Shown here piece after piece: positions 62,666 through 64,000 of a stretch of 64,000 nucleotides of DNA (the stretch's first letter is position 1; each line of letters opens with the position of its first letter). Below the pieces are notes generated by a model. That model was given only the letters and a program-made list of their open reading frames with translations. It had not been told where the DNA came from and made no database searches. The position numbers and the translations under genes are program-made. This DNA comes from Rhina ancylostomus (Eukaryota), in assembly GCA_030265395.1 (NCBI GenBank), contig JARFYF010000050.1, positions 28,659,130-28,723,129 of the forward strand, given 5' to 3'.

Positions 62666-63980
62666 TGCAATTTGAATGGCTATATCCACTTCCTCCAACC
62701 ACCCCACAAATCTCAGTCCTTCTTGAGGAAAGGGCATTGTGTTAGTTGGAAACTTCATCATATACATTTAGAACTGAGGATGTGACATACGTGCTAAAGT
62801 AAATCATACTGGAAATAGGTCGATTGTGTTAAAAAGAATACGTTTTAAAAGTTTTTATGCAAGTTTCTTGGCAATAGTTTCAGTTAGTAATGGCAAATCA
62901 GTCTATATAAAGAATGTCATGAACAACTGAACAGCAGGTGACAAGGTTTATTTAAGAAACAGCTGGACACCATCAAAGTCAGTATATTTGTAGGATGGAA
63001 ATAAAATGGGCCAGAGGGTTGAACTCAATGCTGCCTAACTCGAGGAATAAAATATTTTCTGGCCATTCTGGAGGCAAACCTGACTGAATCCTTGCTTTGC
63101 TGAGCTATGGCCAACCTAGATGATGTGATTGGCACCTAATGCGTTCAGCTCCTTAAAGTAGGCTAAGGATAGGACAACCTTTCATTTGGAGATCTAAATT
63201 GAATAAATGTACTGACTAGCGCCATATTAAATATAAAACTGTACTTAATCTGCCTTCCATGACTTTCCCGGAAACTTTGATTCCATCTTTTAATTTTAAT
63301 AATGTTCTATATTAACTCCCCTTTGCAAACTTTGACCACAAATGGTAACTAAGTCATTCATAGCCATGTGGCTAAATAAGGATATCCCTTTAACACAGTG
63401 GGAAAATTAGTGGCTGTATCAATGTTGAGGGATTATTGAAGGTATCTCTAAATTACAGAGTCAGGTTGACATTTATTTTAAGTTCTTCAAGACAGATTGT
63501 GGGATTTGACAAGTTTTGGAACATATGAAAGGCAATAAGGAAGATATAATCCCCTTCAGACATGACTGTAGTGTCATTATTTTTTGAAGCTTTAAGATTG
63601 GGGATGTTGAGTTACATTTTTTGCATAAATGTGCCAAACTCTTCAGGAAATAATCATATATTTGGCAGAAAAAGGCCAGCATCTAGTTATAAGAGATATA
63701 AATTCAGGAATGAGCCTGGCTTTGAACACCTCATTCTTAGAAATTATGGTTACCTTAATTAAAACAGTTGATTTATGTGTAATATTGTCTCAGATCCATG
63801 CATTTGCTAGTGAAATATACAGATAGAAGACTCATACCAGAAGGTTCAACATAATTGATGTACTTCTAATCCAATCCTTAAAATGGACCACAGAGAGGAA
63901 AAAAAAGGTGACCTGTATTCCTCAGAGAAACTCCCTTATTTGGATTACAAGATCATTAAACTTTCCTGGTATTTAAAGAA

Positions 63981-64000
63981 AGATTTGCCTTTCCTTTCAG
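63981..64000 (+). other. 3' splice-acceptor-like sequence at the window end
   Basis: tttgcctttcctttCAG: polypyrimidine tract plus CAG. Confidence 0.4.

Noticed and set aside
1-64000. Prokaryotic, viral or CRISPR-type system
   Set aside because: No long ORFs, operons, repeat-spacer arrays or viral proteins; the sequence is vertebrate non-coding DNA.

Overview
Eukaryotic, AT-rich, CpG-depleted DNA from a gapped scaffold with 13 N-runs. The repeat complement (V-SINE/HE1-like SINEs, HER1/CR1 LINE 3' ends, DeuSINE/SacSINE1-like SINEs, Rex1/Babar, L2, RTE, Tx1/L1 relics, Penelope-type terminal repeats) points to a cartilaginous fish. I recognise no intact protein-coding gene, RNA gene or prokaryotic system. 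The ORF track is short chance ORFs, N-spanning artefacts or decayed retroelement fragments. The window looks like a large intron or gene desert: decayed retroelements alternate with unique blocks rich in transcription-factor motifs (candidate conserved non-coding elements), and it ends exactly on a + strand 3' splice-site-like sequence. Best leads: (i) degenerate minimal hammerhead-ribozyme motifs in Penelope-type repeats, one in a fold-back; (ii) a candidate 3-nt AAG microexon or recursive splice site at ~49.4 kb plus other isolated splice-signal candidates; (iii) a CpG-retaining double RFX X-box/hairpin at 7.9 kb; (iv) two templated duplications (a 136-bp inverted insertion with a 3-bp duplication, and a 197-bp duplication inside an RTE LINE). 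Family names come from recalled consensus motifs, not from a search, and repeat boundaries are approximate.
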